Assembly: GCA_964498725.1 (NCBI GenBank)
Contig: CAZCHS010000001.1
Coordinates: forward strand, 1,666 to 65,665
Origin: an uncultured bacterium
GTDB taxonomy: Bacteria; Fidelibacterota; UBA2242; JAFGTP01
Length of the DNA: 64,000 nt
Reading direction: 5' to 3'
The position numbers and the translations under genes were made by a program. Positions 61,322 through 64,000 of this stretch are shown piece by piece. The notes below the pieces were generated by a model, which searched no databases, was not told the origin of the DNA, and was given only the letters and a program-made list of their open reading frames with translations. Position 1 is the stretch's first letter. Each line of letters opens with the position of its first letter.

Positions 61322-62467
61322 TTATATGGATTCTTTCGATTTTTCAAATTTTATTATAAAAAAACAAAGCATGAAGAACAAAAGAAGTCCGATTGTTAAT
61401 GCAATAATTGACTGATACAATGTACCTTGTTTCAACATTAATGCCAACAGTCCCATGATTATATTGAAGAATAGAATCGCCAGTACTGTGTCACGGCTGG
61501 ATATTCCGATATTTTTAATACGATGATGTAGGTGATCGCGTCCGGTATAGCCGAGTAACTCAAATAAATTACGGACATTTTTATAATAAAATCTTAATAT
61601 GGAAGTCATTACCATATCCGTGATGGGTATGGCTAATAACAAGACAGGAATGGCCATGTCAACAGAACTGTGGGTACCCCACTCTCCGAAAATCGATAAG
61701 GCCGCCAGCAAAAATCCAATAAAAGTGCTGCCATTATCTCCTAAAAAAATCAAAGCATCTCGTTTTCCGCGAAAGTTATAGGGGAAAAAACCCAGTACGG
61801 CGGCCGCTAAGATGAGACTTACGTTCGCCATGAAATGATTGCCATTTAATTTGGCAACGATGAAATAAAAAAAGCCAATAATGATTGCGATACCTGCGGC
61901 CAATCCGTCCATTCCATCCAGACAATTGATTCCATTGGTGATTCCGGCGATCCATATATAGGTCAGTATGATAGATAAAATTCTTCCCGTCAAATGATTC
62001 CCAAAAAAGGAGAATACGATATTATACTTCACCAAAATTCCAATGGCCACCAATTGCGCTAATAATTTTACAATTGCCGGAAGCGGGTTGATATCGTCAA
62101 TAATACCGATGACGAGTATGATCAGGGAAGACCAGAAGAGGCCGTAAAATTCCTCCGGTATATCCAGTGTCAGATAGGTGGTGGCGATAAAAGCGATAAA
62201 AACAGGAATGCCGCCGGTTAGTGGTGTTATTTTTTTATGGTGGTGGCGGCCACCGGGATGATCCGTGATGTCCAGCATGTGTCCCAGTTTATGGAAGAAT
62301 GGAACCAGCCCAAAGGAAAGAATAAAAGTAAAAAAGACAAAAAAGAAATAATTGTGGTTTTGCAGCAGGTTAGCGCGGACAGGGCGATAGTAGATCATCG
62401 CTGCTGCCAGTGGCAGGAATATTGATTTTGCATAAAGTAATTTGTTTTTATTCATGAATATCTTCAT
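61322..62467 (-). CDS. polyprenyl-phosphate N-acetylhexosamine-1-phosphate transferase (MraY/WecA/GT4 family)
   Basis: 10-11 TM. Motifs DDINPL, NGINCLDGMDGLAAG, VLGFFPYNF..K..IFLGDNGS. Confidence 0.8.
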   Translation of the reverse strand: MKIFMNKNKLLYAKSIFLPLAAAMIYYRPVRANLLQNHNYFFFVFFTFILSFGLVPFFHKLGHMLDITDHPGGRHHHKKITPLTGGIPVFIAFIATTYLTLDIPEEFYGLFWSSLIILVIGIIDDINPLPAIVKLLAQLVAIGILVKYNIVFSFFGNHLTGRILSIILTYIWIAGITNGINCLDGMDGLAAGIAIIIGFFYFIVAKLNGNHFMANVSLILAAAVLGFFPYNFRGKRDALIFLGDNGSTFIGFLLAALSIFGEWGTHSSVDMAIPVLLLAIPITDMVMTSILRFYYKNVRNLFELLGYTGRDHLHHRIKNIGISSRDTVLAILFFNIIMGLLALMLKQGTLYQSIIALTIGLLLFFMLCFFIIKFEKSKESI

Positions 62468-63491
62468 AATGATTACAAACGTTAATTATTGTGTTGACTT
62501 CTTTTTTAGTTAATTGCGGATATATTGGTATTGATACCTGTTCATGCCACTTTTTTTCTGTTACCGGCAAATAGTCATTTTTTTCATAAAGATGGATAGG
62601 CTTAAACACCGGCTTTCTGAATTGGACACCCTTTTTTATTCCCAAGGCGATTAATTTTTCTGCGTCGTTACAGGTGATAATGTATCGGTAATAGTTTGGA
62701 TAAAATTCTTTTCCGGAATTGGGAATATCCACGGGGAATTTTAATTTATCCCGGTAAAAGTTTTTGATTTCTTCCCTTTTGCTTATAAAAGATGATAGTT
62801 TGGATAACTGGGCCAGGGCAATCCCGGCGGTAATATTGGTCATTTTTGCATTATAACGGCGGGTTAATTGATCCATCTCATCGTAAGCGCGATGTTCAGT
62901 GATGTAATCATAATACTCTTTTGTATCCGTCAAAATAGCACCGCCTTCACCAGCGCCCAGCATTTTGGTGGCATAAAAGGAGATAACCGCAATATCACCA
63001 TAATAGCCGGTCATTCTGTTATCAATTTTCGCCCCTACTGACTGAGCAATGTCCTCAATTACGGGGATTCCCAGTTTTTTTATTTCTTTTATATACCCGG
63101 GTTGGCCAAACATATGGGGGAAGATAATCGCTTTTGTTTTGGGAGACAGCTTATCTTTTACTGAATCCGGCGCGAGATTGCAGGTTTCTTCTTCAATATC
63201 AGCGTAAACAGGGGTTGCATTATTAAAGCGCACAGCATGATAAAGAGCCGTACAGGTATAGGAGGGAATAATGACTTCATCATTCGGTTCAATTCCAAGA
63301 GCTTCCAGAGCAAGGGAAAGGGCTATGGTTCCTGATGAGAGCGCCGCGCAATACTGACGTTCAATAGCAGCCGACAGTGATTTTTCTAGTTGCCGGACTT
63401 TTTCACCTTGCGCGATCATGCCTGACTTAATGATTGCAATTGCGGCATTTACTTCAGATTCGTCGAAATTTGTTTGATTGTGTTTGATCAT
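62448..63491 (-). CDS. DegT/DnrJ/EryC1/StrS family PLP-dependent sugar aminotransferase
   Basis: SSGTIALSLAL and the PLP-lysine region SFYATKMLGAGEGG. 347 aa. Confidence 0.8.
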   Translation of the reverse strand: MIKHNQTNFDESEVNAAIAIIKSGMIAQGEKVRQLEKSLSAAIERQYCAALSSGTIALSLALEALGIEPNDEVIIPSYTCTALYHAVRFNNATPVYADIEEETCNLAPDSVKDKLSPKTKAIIFPHMFGQPGYIKEIKKLGIPVIEDIAQSVGAKIDNRMTGYYGDIAVISFYATKMLGAGEGGAILTDTKEYYDYITEHRAYDEMDQLTRRYNAKMTNITAGIALAQLSKLSSFISKREEIKNFYRDKLKFPVDIPNSGKEFYPNYYRYIITCNDAEKLIALGIKKGVQFRKPVFKPIHLYEKNDYLPVTEKKWHEQVSIPIYPQLTKKEVNTIINVCNHYEDIHE

Positions 63492-63492
63492 T

Positions 63493-64000
63493 TTATTCCA
63501 AAAAAAATCTTAAAGGTTTAAAGGCTTCGGCATATTTTACACGGCTTTGTGTTCCCCGGAATTGAGCATTGGAAGTGGCGACATCAATGATTGACAGGTT
63601 GGCAATATTGGTTTTATTCACCTGGGAGTAATGGGCTTTTAATAATTCATGTTTGTTTTTCAATAACTGGTCATTCAATTTAACATAAACATTGGGTTGA
63701 AAATTCGTGGTGGTTGGTGTTTCATAAAAGAGGACATTCTTAATAAATCGGGTGGCGGAGATGGTGATTTGCGCCAGATGCCTGTGGTCCTGATGGGTAT
63801 CGTCTGGGTTATTGACCAAAATGAAATCGGGATTCGCCTTTTGAATGATGGTTTCAAAATGGTAGATAATTTTTTTGTTCACCACAATTTCCGTATCTCT
63901 ATAGTCGCCCCAAAAAAGATTTTCCGCGGGAATCAGTTGAGCGGCTTTTACCTGCTCTTCCTTGCGAATTGTAATTTCACCACCGGCTGAGCCGTCAGAA
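63493..64000 (-). CDS. PIG-L/LmbE family N-acetylglucosaminyl deacetylase (5' end beyond the window)
   Basis: The reading frame stays open past the track GTG at 63885 to the window edge. The ..IRKEE...AA.L....WGDYRD.....IIQKANPDFILVNNPDDTHQDHRH pattern matches LmbE/BshB-type deacetylases. Confidence 0.55.
   Translation of the reverse strand, partial: SDGSAGGEITIRKEEQVKAAQLIPAENLFWGDYRDTEIVVNKKIIYHFETIIQKANPDFILVNNPDDTHQDHRHLAQITISATRFIKNVLFYETPTTTNFQPNVYVKLNDQLLKNKHELLKAHYSQVNKTNIANLSIIDVATSNAQFRGTQSRVKYAEAFKPLRFFLE

Overview
This is a 64 kb chromosomal segment from an AT-rich bacterium. Reading the ORF translations gives about 60 protein-coding genes and no rRNA, tRNA, CRISPR array or obvious mobile element. 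The bacterial-type GGGP synthase, the TonB-dependent receptor, the DUF4154-like proteins and the BatA-like protein suggest an FCB-group, possibly Cloacimonetes-like, organism, but that is an inference.

Long minus-strand operon (about 2.9-10.1 kb):
- This tight 10-gene operon runs efp, accB, accC, gcvH, gcvPA, a GGGP synthase (PcrB-like), gmhA, xerD, an M50 protease and a small ORF.

Plus-strand genes between 10 and 17.5 kb:
- These are a membrane-anchored PHP-domain hydrolase with a split two-gene permease, ftsE-ftsX, ridA, sdaA and an orphan substrate-binding protein.

Accessory-like patch at 17.6-27.3 kb:
- A DtxR-family regulator, a His-rich two-TM protein and a TonB-dependent receptor share palindromic AACAATTGT and CGATTAATTG motifs in their promoter regions.
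- Two tandem secreted paralogs (DUF4154/YfiR-like) carry a duplicated 5' region.
- A candidate denV-like UV glycosylase is present.
- A 27-codon hydrophobic peptide ORF has a strong RBS.
- Two paralogous tail-anchored proteins lie downstream of hflX.

Second housekeeping block on the minus strand (27.3-47.1 kb):
- In transcription order it runs manB/pgm-like phosphomutase, polyprenyl synthase, ptsH, ptsI, a BFN nuclease, EamA, radA, tgt, nadA, nadB, yajC, def, fmt, rsmB, a PASTA protein, rpe, a polyprenol-kinase-like protein, a BatA-like protein and hflX.

Region at 47-57 kb:
- It holds a LacI regulator and menG/ubiE.
- There is an AroQ-like protein with every catalytic residue substituted.
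- A secreted fusion joins a 5-bladed propeller to a transglutaminase-like domain.
- The remaining genes are kbl, a trypsin-like lipoprotein, a 956-aa HExxH...NEGxA gluzincin-propeller protein and panD.

Window end (57-64 kb):
- A membrane GAF/SpoIIE-like sensor is convergent with and overlaps an HD-GYP phosphodiesterase.
- The HD-GYP gene is coupled to an ExeA-like AAA ATPase.
- Beyond these lies a glycan locus: WecA/MraY-like transferase, DegT aminotransferase and an LmbE deacetylase that runs off the window.

Candidates for an undescribed system:
- The metal-regulon module is supported by shared operators.
- The duplicated DUF4154 pair is another candidate.
- The pseudo-AroQ, propeller-transglutaminase and protease cluster is a third.
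- The GAF-PP2C / HD-GYP / ExeA / glycan cluster is a fourth.
- All functional assignments come from motif recognition in the translations, with no database search.
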